Source: an uncultured Acidobacteriota bacterium (GTDB taxonomy: Bacteria; Actinomycetota; Acidimicrobiia; Spongiisociales; ZC4RG35). From it: a DNA stretch of 64,000 bases. Below the pieces are notes generated by a model that saw only the letters and a list, made by a program, of their open reading frames with translations, was not told the DNA's origin and made no database searches. The stretch covers positions 20,021 through 84,020 of the forward strand of contig CAVQFU010000002.1 in assembly GCA_963711895.1 (NCBI GenBank), written 5' to 3'. The stretch's first letter is position 1, and the number at the start of each line of letters is the position of its first letter. Below are positions 40,240-54,441 of the stretch, one piece after another. The translations under genes were made by a program, and so were the position numbers.

Positions 40240-40608
40240 TCAGTCAGGCAGTCGTGAGCGGATCCGCGCCAATAGCTCGGGCATGCGGAAGGGCTTCCTG
40301 ACGAAGTCAACTGCTCCGGCGTCGAGACTGTCGACCGCGATCCGGTCGTCGTCCACACCGGAGAGCACGATGGTGGTGAACTTGTGGCCCTCCTTCCCCC
40401 AGCGCTCCAGGATCTCCAGCCCGAGTAGGCCGGGCATGAGGTGGTCGAGGATGATGAGGTCGTAGTTCCCGGTTATGCCCATCTCGTAGGCCGCCAACCC
40501 GTTATCGGCCTTGTCGACCTCGTAACCCTCCAACTCGAGGGCAGTTGCCAGGACCGTCGTCACCGTGTCCGAGTCGTCGGCAACGAGGACGCGCTTGATG
40601 TCACCCAT
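40240..40608 (-). CDS. single-domain response regulator
   Basis: VLVADD, ILDHLMPG, KPF. No output domain. Confidence 0.92.
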   Translation of the reverse strand: MGDIKRVLVADDSDTVTTVLATALELEGYEVDKADNGLAAYEMGITGNYDLIILDHLMPGLLGLEILERWGKEGHKFTTIVLSGVDDDRIAVDSLDAGAVDFVRKPFRMPELLARIRSRLPD

Positions 40609-40763
40609 ACCGGTCTCGGAATCTCCCGATGCAGCCGAAATTGCCTGGTGATGATGGCAGAACGAGGGGTTTCTCCATGGTTGCCGATGATCGAGGTGAC
40701 GGGCCCAAGTGCGAAAGCGAACTATCTTCTGTCGGCTGTCGCTTTGAGATAGCTCTGGGGCAA

Positions 40764-41489
40764 ATGACGACCATTCCCGAACATGAGAGGGTGAGGCTCG
40801 AAGCGGTCGCCCGCGACGATCTGCCTCTCGAGGACCTCATCGCGCGCCGTCTCCGTGGCGAGCCCTTGCAGTACATCGAGGGCACGGCGGCGTTTGGTCC
40901 CCTCGACCTCCTGGTCGACGAGCGGGTCCTGATCCCGCGACCCGAGACCGAGGGCATGTTCGAGTTGGCGATCCGGATGGTGCGGAGCCCAGAGATCATC
41001 GTCGACCTCTGCACCGGTTCCGGGGCCGTGGCGCTGGCACTGAAGAGCAGGTTCCCGTCGGCGGCGGTGTTCGCCACCGACATCTCCAAGGATGCCGTCG
41101 AGGTCGCCACCGACAATCGCTATCGAACGGGGCTCCAGATCTACCTCGCGGAGGGAGACCTCTTCGACCCGCTTCCCACGGCGATCCTCGGGACCGTTGA
41201 TCTCATCGTCGCCAATCCCCCCTATGTCGCCGACGTGGATTTCGGTGCGTTACCCGCCGACGTGCAGCGAGAGCCGAGGGTGGCTCTCGTCTCAGGGCCG
41301 ACCGGGTTGGAGGTCATCCAGCGGATTGGAGCCTCGGCGGCGTCATGGCTCCGGCCCGGGGGTGTGGTCATCTGTGAGATCGGAGAGAAGCAGGGGGTCT
41401 CTGCGACTAGCTCTTTCATGGATTTGCCCGCGATCGTGCGTCAGGACCTCACCGGGCGCGATCGATACATCGTTGCCGTCAAGCCTTGA
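40764..41489 (+). CDS. prmC: release factor glutamine methyltransferase (short N-terminus)
   Basis: GEPLQYI, VLIPRPETE, DLCTGSG, NPPY. Confidence 0.93.
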   Translation: MTTIPEHERVRLEAVARDDLPLEDLIARRLRGEPLQYIEGTAAFGPLDLLVDERVLIPRPETEGMFELAIRMVRSPEIIVDLCTGSGAVALALKSRFPSAAVFATDISKDAVEVATDNRYRTGLQIYLAEGDLFDPLPTAILGTVDLIVANPPYVADVDFGALPADVQREPRVALVSGPTGLEVIQRIGASAASWLRPGGVVICEIGEKQGVSATSSFMDLPAIVRQDLTGRDRYIVAVKP

Positions 41490-42046
41490 GCCTCGACCGG
41501 GCGATTGCGGCCATCCGGAATCGCGAAGTGGTCGGGCTGCCCACCGACACGGTGTACGGGATCGGCGTCGACCCACTCAGCGAGGTGGCCGTGGCCAGGC
41601 TGTTCGAGCTCAAGGGCAGGCCCGAGCACAAGCCGATCGGGTTGCTCGTCGCATCATTGGAGCAGGCCGCGGCCATCGGGGAGATCGAGGGCGTGGCGGC
41701 GGAGCTGGCCAGCCAGCACTGGCCGGGGGCACTCACCCTCGTCGTCACACCCAAGGTGATCCTGGCGGATTGGGTCGGCGACTCGCAGCAACAAACCGTT
41801 GGTTTGCGGGTGCCTGATCATCTGGTCGCACTCGAGTTGCTGGAAGCGGTCGGACCACTTGCGGTCACCTCGGCCAATCTCTCCGGTGCCAGCGAGTCGA
41901 TGAGCGACGAGGACGCCCGCGCCGTCTTCGGTGATCTCGTGCCGGTCTATGTGGAAGGCCGTGCCCCTGGCGGCGAAGCCTCGACCGTGGTGGACGTCAC
42001 CGGATTCGAGGTCGTGGTTCTCCGGCAGGGGCCTGTTTCCATCTAG
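41486..42046 (+). CDS. tsaC: threonylcarbamoyl-AMP synthase (YrdC/Sua5)
   Basis: PTDTVYG, KGRP..KP, WPGALT, TSANLSG. Confidence 0.93.
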   Translation: MSLDRAIAAIRNREVVGLPTDTVYGIGVDPLSEVAVARLFELKGRPEHKPIGLLVASLEQAAAIGEIEGVAAELASQHWPGALTLVVTPKVILADWVGDSQQQTVGLRVPDHLVALELLEAVGPLAVTSANLSGASESMSDEDARAVFGDLVPVYVEGRAPGGEASTVVDVTGFEVVVLRQGPVSI

Positions 42047-42209
42047 TGGTCTGTCGCCCAGATAGGGTGCGCGAATCTCCGAGTCATCGGCGGTAGCTGG
42101 CAAGGAGAAGCGCGCAGTCGCAGCCGCGGAGCTGCGGCGAGCACTTCGACGCAGCCAGGGACGTCGAGGGCCGGAGAGGCGCCACCATTATCTGGGCGGC
42201 GGGCCGCTG
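42044..42209 (+). mobile_element. MITE-like structured repeat, copy 2
   Basis: Begins at the tsaC TAG. Terminal inverted repeat tagtggtctgtc...ggcgggccgctg. Confidence 0.85.
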
Positions 42210-42223
42210 GTTACCCTCGGCCC

Positions 42224-43495
42224 ATGATCTCGATGGACCCCCTGGAGCAGGTCGATCCCGCAATCGCCGGCCTCATCCGCAAAGACGTGGAACGGCAGAA
42301 CAGCCACATCCACCTCATCGCCTCGGAGAACTTCGCCTCGCCCGCGGTGATGGCCGCATCGGGGTCGGTGTTCACCAACAAGTACGCCGAGGGCTACCCG
42401 GGCCGTCGCTACTACGAGGGCTGTGCCGTGGTCGACGAGATGGAGCAGTTGGCGATCGATCGGGCCAAGGAACTGTTCGGGGCGGAGCATGCAAACGTCC
42501 AGGCTCATTCCGGGGCACAGGCCAACATGGGCGTGTACTTCTCCCTTCTCCAGCCTGGGGACCGTGTCCTGGGGATGCGTCTCGATCAGGGCGGGCACCT
42601 GACCCATGGCTCACCGGTGAACTTCTCCGGTCTCTATTACGACTTTGTGGCATACGGCGTCGATCGGGAGACGGAGTTGGTTGACATGGACCAGGTCCGC
42701 GCCCTGGCCATCGAGCACAAGCCGAACATCGTCCTGGCCGGCTACTCCGCGTACTCCCGAACCCTGGACTACGAGGCGTTCCGGGCCATCGCCGACGAGG
42801 TGGGAGCGCTTTTCATGGTGGATGCGGCCCATTTCATCGGTCTCGTGGCGGGGCGGTCTCACCCTTCGCCCGTGCCCCATGCCGACATCGTGACCGGGAC
42901 CACGCACAAGGCCCTGCGCGGCCCCAGAGGTGGCCTGATCCTGAGCAAGGAGCGCTTTGCGAAGGACATCGATCGGGCGATCTTTCCCAATGCCCAAGGT
43001 GGGCCCATCGAATCACAGATCGCGGCCAAGGCGGTCTCATTCCAGGAGGCGATGCAGCCCGGGTTCCGCATCTACACCGACCAGATCGTGGCCAACGCCC
43101 GAGCGATGGCGGCGGCGATTAAGGAGCAGGGAGTGAGAGTGGTCTCCGGTGGCACCGACAACCATCTCTTTCTGATCGATCTCCGATCGGTAGCCGACGA
43201 TCTCGACGGCAAGGACGCGGCCAAGCTCTTGGACGAGGTGGGGATCACACTCAACTTCAACACCATCCCATTCGATCCACGACCTCCTTTCCGTGCCTCG
43301 GGCCTGAGGATCGGCACCCCGGCGATGACCAGCCAAGGGATGAAGGAGGATCAAGCCGTCGAGGTGGCAACTCTCATCGCTCGGGCCCTGCACAACCGAA
43401 ACGACGACAGTGACCTCGCCAAGGTGTCGACTCGAGTGGGGGAGTTGGCCGCCGAGTTCCCGCCCTACCCGCACGACTTCGTTGGCCATGTCTGA
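42224..43495 (+). CDS. glyA: serine hydroxymethyltransferase
   Basis: LIASEN, NKYAEGYPG, TTHKALRGPRGG. Confidence 0.98.
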   Translation: MISMDPLEQVDPAIAGLIRKDVERQNSHIHLIASENFASPAVMAASGSVFTNKYAEGYPGRRYYEGCAVVDEMEQLAIDRAKELFGAEHANVQAHSGAQANMGVYFSLLQPGDRVLGMRLDQGGHLTHGSPVNFSGLYYDFVAYGVDRETELVDMDQVRALAIEHKPNIVLAGYSAYSRTLDYEAFRAIADEVGALFMVDAAHFIGLVAGRSHPSPVPHADIVTGTTHKALRGPRGGLILSKERFAKDIDRAIFPNAQGGPIESQIAAKAVSFQEAMQPGFRIYTDQIVANARAMAAAIKEQGVRVVSGGTDNHLFLIDLRSVADDLDGKDAAKLLDEVGITLNFNTIPFDPRPPFRASGLRIGTPAMTSQGMKEDQAVEVATLIARALHNRNDDSDLAKVSTRVGELAAEFPPYPHDFVGHV

Positions 43496-43505
43496 TTGCG
43501 TCATG

Positions 43506-43585
43506 AGTTATGGGTTGCGAGTTGTGGGCAGTCGTCAAGTCTCAGGGCTCGAAACCCAAGACCCAAGACTCACCAACCACCACCC
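43506..43585. repeat. heptamer-periodic imperfect hairpin
   Basis: gagttat gggttgc gagttgt gggcagt ... ctcgaaa cccaaga cccaaga ctcacca. Confidence 0.6.
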
Positions 43586-43630
43586 ATTGCTAGGTTCCGA
43601 TTTTGCCCACTGAACCCACCCCCGTAGACT

Positions 43631-43648
43631 TTGTGAATAGATTCACAA
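43631..43648. promoter_or_regulatory. Rex operator upstream of the atp operon
   Basis: TTGTGAA-taga-TTCACAA matches the Rex consensus. Confidence 0.82.
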
Positions 43649-43688
43649 GCTCGGTCCAGAGTCAGACTGATCGAGCAGCGAGCCACCC

Positions 43689-43922
43689 ATGAGAGAGACC
43701 ATCAACCAGAGCGTCGGACGCGCCGTCAGCGATGGGTGGGGTCGATCCGGTGCCTTCGCCGGGTCGATCATCTCCGGCACCCTCCTCGGCCTCCTCGCCG
43801 ACAACTGGCTGGGGACCGAGCCCTGGCTGGTGGTGACCGGGGCGCTCGTGGGCTCCTACTCGGGCTTCATGAATATGTGGCGCTGGTCCAAGGAAATGGA
43901 AATGGCCGATCGTGAGCGTTGA
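43689..43922 (+). CDS. AtpZ/AtpI family protein
   Basis: LG..AD.WLGT.PW two-TM pattern, first gene of the atp operon. Confidence 0.85.
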   Translation: MRETINQSVGRAVSDGWGRSGAFAGSIISGTLLGLLADNWLGTEPWLVVTGALVGSYSGFMNMWRWSKEMEMADRER

Positions 43923-44312
43923 GCACGGCCCGCCCCTCGAGGCCAACCTGGCCAAGGAAACGGTGGCTCGCGCCGTCTACATCGGGCCTGCGCTGATCCT
44001 GTTGTTCGGCCTCCTCAATGGGTGGGATGGGGCATGGAGCGCCGCGCTCGGGGTCGTCGTGGTGGTGGCCAACTTCCTCCTCGCCGGGGCCATCCTGTCG
44101 ATTTCACTGAGGATCAGCCTCCAGGCTTATCATGCCGCCGCTCTGATCGGCTTCCTCCTCCGTCTCGCCTTGTTCGTCGGCGCGGTCTATCTGATCGCCA
44201 CGCTGGTCGAGGTGGACCGGGTGGCGTTCGGCATTTCGGCGGTGATCGCCTACATCGTGATGCTGGCGTGGGAGGCAGTGTCGATCACCAGGGATAGAGA
44301 AAGGGAACCCAG

Positions 44313-44325
<13 letters not shown>
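43912..44325 (+). CDS. atpI: ATP synthase protein I
   Basis: Four-TM protein immediately before atpB. Confidence 0.8.
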
Positions 44326-45373
<1,048 letters not shown>

Positions 45374-45383
45374 GGGAAACAGG

Positions 45384-45938
45384 ATGCAGTTCTTGAACGC
45401 CCTGGTGGTCCTGGCCACCGAGGAGGGGGGAGAGTCCGGAGGCGGGCTCAGCCTGGTCCTGCCCCATCCCGAGGAGCTGATCGCCGGCATCCTCGCCTTC
45501 CTCATCGTCTTCTTCTTCGTATGGAGGAGGGCCCTTCCCACCATCAACAAGACCCTGGAGGCAAGGCAGCAGGCGATTTCAGGTCAGCTTTCCGACGCCG
45601 AGGAGTCGAAGCGGGAGGCCGAAAGCCTGCTCGCCGACTATCGCGCCCAGCTCGCCGAAGCCAAGTCCGAGGGCAATCGGATCATCGAGGAGGCCCGGAC
45701 CGCCGGTGAACAGTTGAAGTCAGACGTCGTGGCCCGAGCCGAGGAGGAGGCTTCACAGATCCTGGCCAAGGCGCGTGATGAGGCCCAGAACGAGAAGACC
45801 CGCGCCCTTGCCGAGGCCCGTCGCGAGGTTGGTGAGATCTCGGTCGGTCTTGCCGAGAAGATCGTCGGCGAATCGCTCGACGGCAAGATGCAGAAGGACC
45901 TGATCGATCGCTACCTGGCGGACCTGGAGCGTCTGTAG
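45384..45938 (+). CDS. atpF: F0 subunit b
   Basis: Single TM helix plus coiled coil, operon position. Confidence 0.94.
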   Translation: MQFLNALVVLATEEGGESGGGLSLVLPHPEELIAGILAFLIVFFFVWRRALPTINKTLEARQQAISGQLSDAEESKREAESLLADYRAQLAEAKSEGNRIIEEARTAGEQLKSDVVARAEEEASQILAKARDEAQNEKTRALAEARREVGEISVGLAEKIVGESLDGKMQKDLIDRYLADLERL

Positions 45939-46101
45939 TGGTCTGTCACGCAAATAGTGTGCGCGTATCTCCGAGTCATCGGCGACATCTGGCAAGGAGA
46001 AGCGCGCAGTCGCAGCCGGGGAGCTGCGGCGAGCACTTCGACGCAGCCAGGGGCGTCGAGGGCCGGAGAGACGCCACAAGTATTTGGGGGGCGGGCCACT
46101 A
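45936..46101 (+). mobile_element. MITE-like structured repeat, copy 3, between atpF and atpH
   Basis: TA-flanked tagtggtctgtc...ggcgggccacta. Confidence 0.88.
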
Positions 46102-46102
46102 A

Positions 46103-46636
46103 ATGGACGATCGGATCAGCGGCTACGCGACAGCCATCCTCAACCTTGCCGAGGCCGAGGGTGAGCTGAGTCGCGTCGAGAGCGAGTTCCTGGCCCTGGG
46201 TCAGGCTTTCGATAAGTCCGCTGAGCTGCGGTCGACCCTCACCGACCCCCAACTCCCGGTGGAGAAGAAGCAGGCGATCGTCGACGACCTGATCGGGGGC
46301 CGTGCCTCGTCGCTCACGGTGGGCCTCGTCCAATTCATCGTCGGTCTAGGCCGATCGTCGGAGATCCCCGACATTGCCAGGAGCTTCGTCGAGAAGGCGG
46401 TGGAGTCGCGGTCCATGGCTCTCGCCGAGGTCCGCTCCGCTGTCCCACTGGACAATGCAACCATCGAGCGTCTTGCTGTGGCTCTGGGCAAGGCCACTGG
46501 CAAGAAGGTCGAGGTGAAGGTCGTGGTCGACGAGTCGGTCATAGGCGGCATCGTCGCTCGTGTCGGCGATGTCGTCATCGACGGGACCGTTTCCAACGCC
46601 ATAACCGAGCTTCGCCAGGCCGTGCTGAGCCGCTGA
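46103..46636 (+). CDS. atpH: F1 subunit delta
   Basis: [19 protein letters not shown]...GD.VIDG. Confidence 0.95.
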   Translation: MDDRISGYATAILNLAEAEGELSRVESEFLALGQAFDKSAELRSTLTDPQLPVEKKQAIVDDLIGGRASSLTVGLVQFIVGLGRSSEIPDIARSFVEKAVESRSMALAEVRSAVPLDNATIERLAVALGKATGKKVEVKVVVDESVIGGIVARVGDVVIDGTVSNAITELRQAVLSR

Positions 46637-46644
46637 GGAGTCAT

Positions 46645-48186
<1,542 letters not shown>

Positions 48187-48198
48187 GGGGCACCGGGC

Positions 48199-49083
48199 AT
48201 GGCCTCCGCCCAGCTGCGGGACACCCGGCGGCGCATCAGGAGCGTCGAGGCGATCAAGAAGATCACCCGCGCCATGGAGCTGATCGCTACCAGCCGGATC
48301 CCGAAGGCTCAGGCCAGGGTCAATGCCTCGAAGCCCTATACCGCCAAGCTGATCGAGGTCATCGAGAATGTCGGCGCCGCAGGCGCCGGGGCCAAGCACC
48401 GCTTGCTCGAGCAGCGCGAGGTCAAGACGGTCGGGCTTGTCATCGTGACGTCAGACCGCGGTCTTGCCGGGTCTTATGCCTCGAACATCATCCGACTCGC
48501 CGAGAACCGGATTCGCGAGCTCGACCGGGAGGGCAAGGATGTCGCCCTGTACGCGATAGGCAAGAAGGCGCAGGCCTATTTCCGGTATCGGGGGTTTCGC
48601 ATCGACGGCGCCTATCTCGGTGTCACTGACACGCCGGGATATGGTGATGCCCGGGCCGTGGCCAGCTCGGTGCTCACCGCTTTCGCCACCGACCACATCG
48701 ATGCGGTCGAGGTGTTCTTCACCCGCTACCAGTCGGCGATGAAACAGCTCCCGACTCGTCTCGACCTTCTCCCGATCACGCCGCCGGAGCGGGCCGAGCA
48801 GGAGGGCCCGTCCGCCACCTACGAGTTCGAGCCCTCACCCGAAGAGATTCTCGACCGCCTCCTTCCCAGGTATGTCGAGGCGACCGTCTTCAACGTGCTG
48901 CTCGAAGCCTCGGCCTCGGAGCACAGCGCCCGGCGCAGGGCGATGAAAGCGGCGACGGACAACGCCGAGGACCTGATCAGGGTCCTCTCCGTCCAGGCCA
49001 ACCGTGCCCGTCAGGCCGAGATCACCACCGCCATCTCGGAAATCGTGGGCGGTGCCGAGGCGCTCGCCGAGGCGAGAAGATGA
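48199..49083 (+). CDS. atpG: F1 subunit gamma
   Basis: KITRAMELIA, SDRGLAG, RQAEITTAISEIVGG. Confidence 0.97.
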   Translation: MASAQLRDTRRRIRSVEAIKKITRAMELIATSRIPKAQARVNASKPYTAKLIEVIENVGAAGAGAKHRLLEQREVKTVGLVIVTSDRGLAGSYASNIIRLAENRIRELDREGKDVALYAIGKKAQAYFRYRGFRIDGAYLGVTDTPGYGDARAVASSVLTAFATDHIDAVEVFFTRYQSAMKQLPTRLDLLPITPPERAEQEGPSATYEFEPSPEEILDRLLPRYVEATVFNVLLEASASEHSARRRAMKAATDNAEDLIRVLSVQANRARQAEITTAISEIVGGAEALAEARR

Positions 49084-50585
<1,502 letters not shown>

Positions 50586-50586
<1 letters not shown>

Positions 50587-50942
50587 TGGCCAACACGTTT
50601 CAAGTCGATGTGGTCTCGCCCGAGGAGACAGTGTGGAGCGGAACGGCCACGTTCCTTCTGGCCAAGACGCCGGAAGGTGAGCTGGGCATCATGGCCAACC
50701 ACGAGCCCTTGATGGGATCCCTCGTTACCGGCGCTGTCATCGTCGAGGCCGAGGATGGCGCCCGGACCACGATCGGTGTCCACGGTGGCTTCCTTCAGGT
50801 TCTCGACAACCAGGTAACCCTTATCACCGACCGCGCCCAGATCACGGCCGGCGGCCGTGATGAGGCGAGACAGGTGGCAGAACAACTCGCCGCCCAGGCG
50901 GAAACACAAGAGGAAGCTCCGGCAGCCGAGCTGGAGCCCTGA
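50586..50942 (+). CDS. atpC: F1 subunit epsilon
   Basis: VVSPE, GELGIMANH, GGFLQV. Confidence 0.95.
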
Positions 50943-50945
50943 CCG

Positions 50946-51377
50946 TCACAGTCCGGCGACGAATTCCTCCACCGTTGCAGTGAAGCCGCTTCCGATGGCA
51001 GAGGCGATGACCGGGAAGAACATGGAGCCGAGCATCCCCGCTCCTTCTACATCGAGTCGAACCTTGACCTTCGTTCCGTGATCCTCCGGCGCGATCTCGA
51101 TGGCCACCTTGCCCTTGATCTCCGACGAATCGATGTTCCAGGCCATGAGACGAGCCTCATCCCGACGAGCAGGCGTCGCCTCCCCGAGGTACTTCCTCCC
51201 GCCAACCTCACTCTCGAAGGAAAAGCTGCGTAAACGGCCATCCCCGTCGACGACAGGGTCGATCACCCGGTCCACACCCGGGATGGCCTCCCAGGTGGTT
51301 GGCTCATCGAGCGATTTCCACACGTCTGAGACCGGTACGGGTGTAACCGCTTCGTGTTGAAAGCTCTTCCCGGACAT
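50946..51377 (-). CDS. SRPBCC/CoxG-like protein
   Basis: VW..LD.P..W..IPG pattern, 143 aa. Confidence 0.7.
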   Translation of the reverse strand: MSGKSFQHEAVTPVPVSDVWKSLDEPTTWEAIPGVDRVIDPVVDGDGRLRSFSFESEVGGRKYLGEATPARRDEARLMAWNIDSSEIKGKVAIEIAPEDHGTKVKVRLDVEGAGMLGSMFFPVIASAIGSGFTATVEEFVAGL

Positions 51378-51426
51378 CCAGGCAAGCTAACCCAACGAAC
51401 AGTTGTCTTCGCCTGGGCAGGCTTTG

Positions 51427-52011
51427 TCAGACGCTGGACAGCGCGGCCGCTTCGTCGTCCGGCAGGGGGTTGTAGAACAATGCGAGGTTCACTGCCCAGA
51501 TCAGGTGCCAGAGGACGATCGCAACGATTCCCTCACCGAGACCGAAGAGTGTCTCCCCGAACATGCCAGGGCTGAAGTCCGGGAACAGAACCGGCACCCA
51601 CCATAAGCCACTGATCAGAGCAAGCACTACCCCCCACACCACAGCCTTCCCCAGATTGCCGAGCGTTGTGTTCCGCCACCTCAACAGGGGATGCACCAGG
51701 ATCGCGTACACCAATGCCCAAACCACTCCCGTGAACAGGTGGACGATCCAGCCGATCACGAGCCGCGAGGTGCTGGTCGTGGCCTCGAATATCGCAGCCA
51801 TGTCTGCGATATCGGGTTTGAAGAGCAGATAGGCGTTGAAGCGTGGGAAATCCAGATTGGGCAGTCCGAAGATCCCGTGAAACCAAAACCCGAACACCGT
51901 TGCGATATGTGTGGCCAGGACCCCAGCCACGAGAGCCATTGCCAGTGGGCGCGTGGTGGCCAAGAGTCGCCATCGGGTCGCTGAATCTGTCCTCAATACA
52001 AGGGCCGTCAT
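51427..52011 (-). CDS. four-TM membrane protein of unknown function
   Basis: Hydrophobic helices with intramembrane His (GWIVH, LWHLIW). Confidence 0.75.
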   Translation of the reverse strand: MTALVLRTDSATRWRLLATTRPLAMALVAGVLATHIATVFGFWFHGIFGLPNLDFPRFNAYLLFKPDIADMAAIFEATTSTSRLVIGWIVHLFTGVVWALVYAILVHPLLRWRNTTLGNLGKAVVWGVVLALISGLWWVPVLFPDFSPGMFGETLFGLGEGIVAIVLWHLIWAVNLALFYNPLPDDEAAALSSV

Positions 52012-52128
52012 GCTGCCTCCTCCCGAGGGGCGATGTTCGCATATCGCCCAGTTGTGCGTTCAGCGTACGACGGGTTGGGTCAAGGATGCGTCGTAAAGAC
52101 GGAATTTCTTGACGAACTGCGGCGAGCC

Positions 52129-52707
52129 CTACTCGTCCTGTGGGGCGGAGTCGTCGACGAGATAGGCCTGAGCCTCGATTTCCAGCTCGACGTTCTTGGA
52201 CACCAGCCAGCCACCGGTCTCCAGTGCGACATTCCACGAGACGTCCCAATCTTCCCTGGCGATCTCGGTCTTGGCCGTCCACATAGAGCGAGCTCCTCCC
52301 CATGGGTAGGGCGCCAGCCCCTCGTAAGTGAATGGCAGCGTCACGGGATGGGTCGTGCCCCGGATTGTTAGGTCGCCCGTGAGCGTGCTCCCGGCCAGGT
52401 CGACCGACGTGCTTTTGAACGTGATATTCGGGAACTCCTCGACGTTGAGGAAATCGGCCGAGCGAAGGTGGTTGTCCCTGTCATTGACCCCGGTGGCGAG
52501 GGAACCAGCGTCGATCTCCAGCTCGACCCGCGATTGCGCCAGATCCTCCTCGATGAATATCGCACCGGAGAAGTCGATGAATCTCCCTCTCACTTTGGTG
52601 AAGATCATGTGCCTGGCCACGAAGCTGAGGACCGTGTGATCGTGGTCCAGCTCCCATTTCCCGGGTCCAGGAACCTCGATCCCATCCACAGTTCTGGTCT
52701 CGGTCAT
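52129..52707 (-). CDS. YceI family protein
   Basis: W.LD..H, RHM..KVRG.F, RDNHLRSADF. Confidence 0.93.
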   Translation of the reverse strand: MTETRTVDGIEVPGPGKWELDHDHTVLSFVARHMIFTKVRGRFIDFSGAIFIEEDLAQSRVELEIDAGSLATGVNDRDNHLRSADFLNVEEFPNITFKSTSVDLAGSTLTGDLTIRGTTHPVTLPFTYEGLAPYPWGGARSMWTAKTEIAREDWDVSWNVALETGGWLVSKNVELEIEAQAYLVDDSAPQDE

Positions 52708-52914
52708 TGACGCCCTCCATCCCTCGGCTGCCTATGTTCGCTTGTCGAACGTCGGTCCGCCAACCGTACGCATCGCCATGTGCCCGGTCAAGCCTCCAAT
52801 CGTTCGCAGAAGGTAGGTTTATTGCAGGTAACGCGTCCGGCTGCTATGTTCGGATACCGTACGATTGTGCGCCAGTTGAACATGACGGGACGCCCCAGGA
52901 TGGAGGTACGACAC

Positions 52915-53415
52915 TTGTACGAGACCAAGTTCGCATCGATCGGGGAATTCAACAAGGGTGGGATCGAGGTCATCGACGACGACCCCAAGCACTACGCCTT
53001 CTCCAACATGTTCGAGGTCGCTCGTGACTCGAAGCCGTACGAGAAAGTCGTCGTGGGGATGAACCGGGAGTACACCCTCGAGGCGATCCGGGCCGAAGGG
53101 ACATCCGAGTGGCGCACGGCGTCGCACGACGAGTTCGCCCTGGTCATGGACGGGGAAATCCTGATCCGGCTCTTCAAACTGGACAACCCGAGGGACTTCC
53201 ACAGTCCGGACGACGCAGGCTCCCGACGGATCGAGGGAGAGCCTGCAGGAGAGCCGATGGGCGTGGTGAAGGCGAAGCGGGGTCACATGACACTCCTTCC
53301 CGCCGACGCCGCCTACCAGTTCCACGCCGACGCCCCCGGTGTCGTGCTTCTGCAGACGATCAAGGGCCCCGACAGCCTCGAGCGGTGGGGCGAGATCTGC
53401 ATAACCACCGTTTGA
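52915..53415 (+). CDS. hqdA: hydroquinone 1,2-dioxygenase small subunit (HqdA/HapC/PnpC1-like)
   Basis: HYAFSNMFEVA..SKPYEKVVVG, HDEFA.VMDG, RGHM.LLP...AYQF. SD GGAGG precedes TTG. Confidence 0.85.
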   Translation: MYETKFASIGEFNKGGIEVIDDDPKHYAFSNMFEVARDSKPYEKVVVGMNREYTLEAIRAEGTSEWRTASHDEFALVMDGEILIRLFKLDNPRDFHSPDDAGSRRIEGEPAGEPMGVVKAKRGHMTLLPADAAYQFHADAPGVVLLQTIKGPDSLERWGEICITTV

Positions 53416-53436
53416 AGACGAGAAAGAGTAGATGAG

Positions 53437-54426
53437 ATGACAACACTCCAAGAGAAGCCCACGGTTCTGGCCTCCGAGCAGAACGAACAGGGCTACCGCG
53501 AGTTCTCCCTCGGGGAGTTCCACTTCCGTCGTGACGAGTACTTCGTCTACATGACCTGGCCCACCGGCTCCCACATACTGTCGGCCGATGCCTTCCTGCG
53601 CGCCCTGCAGCGTGATGTGGCCTGGGAGTTCTTCTACGGCATCGTGAATTTCGACGGGGTGCTCGGAACGGTGAACCATTACGGGACGGTCGATCTCTTT
53701 GCCGGCCGGTACAACGACTCATATCGGAAGGCCGAGTTGGACCACGTGGAGAACTTCCCCACTCCGCAGATCAAGGCGACCTTCGAGGAGATGCTCGACG
53801 ACTGGACCAATCAGACCTTTGACCCCTTCGCAGCCCCCCGCGAGACCGGGAGCGCCTTCGGGGTCAAGAATGGCGACAATCGGCGCGCCATCACCCGCCA
53901 TCGCGTCGCCGCGGCCCGGATGGTCAGTTGCACCGGCGACGAGCAGCTCCGCTCCGATGAGACCGGCCATCCGATCAACGAGCATTTCAAGGACGTGTCC
54001 CAGGAGGAGCCGGAGATCATCCCGGAACCGGGCTACGAAGACGAGGTCAAGGCGTTCAGTCTGTTCGCATATCTCTCCCGCTCGGACGTGACCTGGAACC
54101 CGTCGGTGGTTTCCAAATGCAAGGACAGCTTGTTCTGCCCGACCACCGAGGAGTACATCCTGCCGATCATCCACGGCAACGACCGGGTGGAATGGTTCGT
54201 GCAACTCTCCGACGAGATCCGCTGGGATGTCGAAGACCGTGACACCGGGACGGTGAGGGCAAAGGTGGTGATGAGGGCCGGCGACGTTGCCGCCATGCCC
54301 GCCGACATCAGACATCAGGGCTACTCACGCAAGAGGTCGATGCTCCTGGTCTGGGAGAACGCTGACGCAGCGCTTCCCGAGCTGATCGCCACCGGGCAGA
54401 CCCCGACATACCCGGCTGAGTTCTAG
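53437..54426 (+). CDS. hqdB: hydroquinone 1,2-dioxygenase large subunit (HqdB/HapD/PnpC2-like)
   Basis: RDVAWEFFYG.VNFD, LSRSDVTWNPSV, HGNDRVEWF, PADIRHQG (His/Glu/His iron ligands). Confidence 0.88.
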   Translation: MTTLQEKPTVLASEQNEQGYREFSLGEFHFRRDEYFVYMTWPTGSHILSADAFLRALQRDVAWEFFYGIVNFDGVLGTVNHYGTVDLFAGRYNDSYRKAELDHVENFPTPQIKATFEEMLDDWTNQTFDPFAAPRETGSAFGVKNGDNRRAITRHRVAAARMVSCTGDEQLRSDETGHPINEHFKDVSQEEPEIIPEPGYEDEVKAFSLFAYLSRSDVTWNPSVVSKCKDSLFCPTTEEYILPIIHGNDRVEWFVQLSDEIRWDVEDRDTGTVRAKVVMRAGDVAAMPADIRHQGYSRKRSMLLVWENADAALPELIATGQTPTYPAEF

Positions 54427-54441
54427 CCCGGGGGTGGCTGA

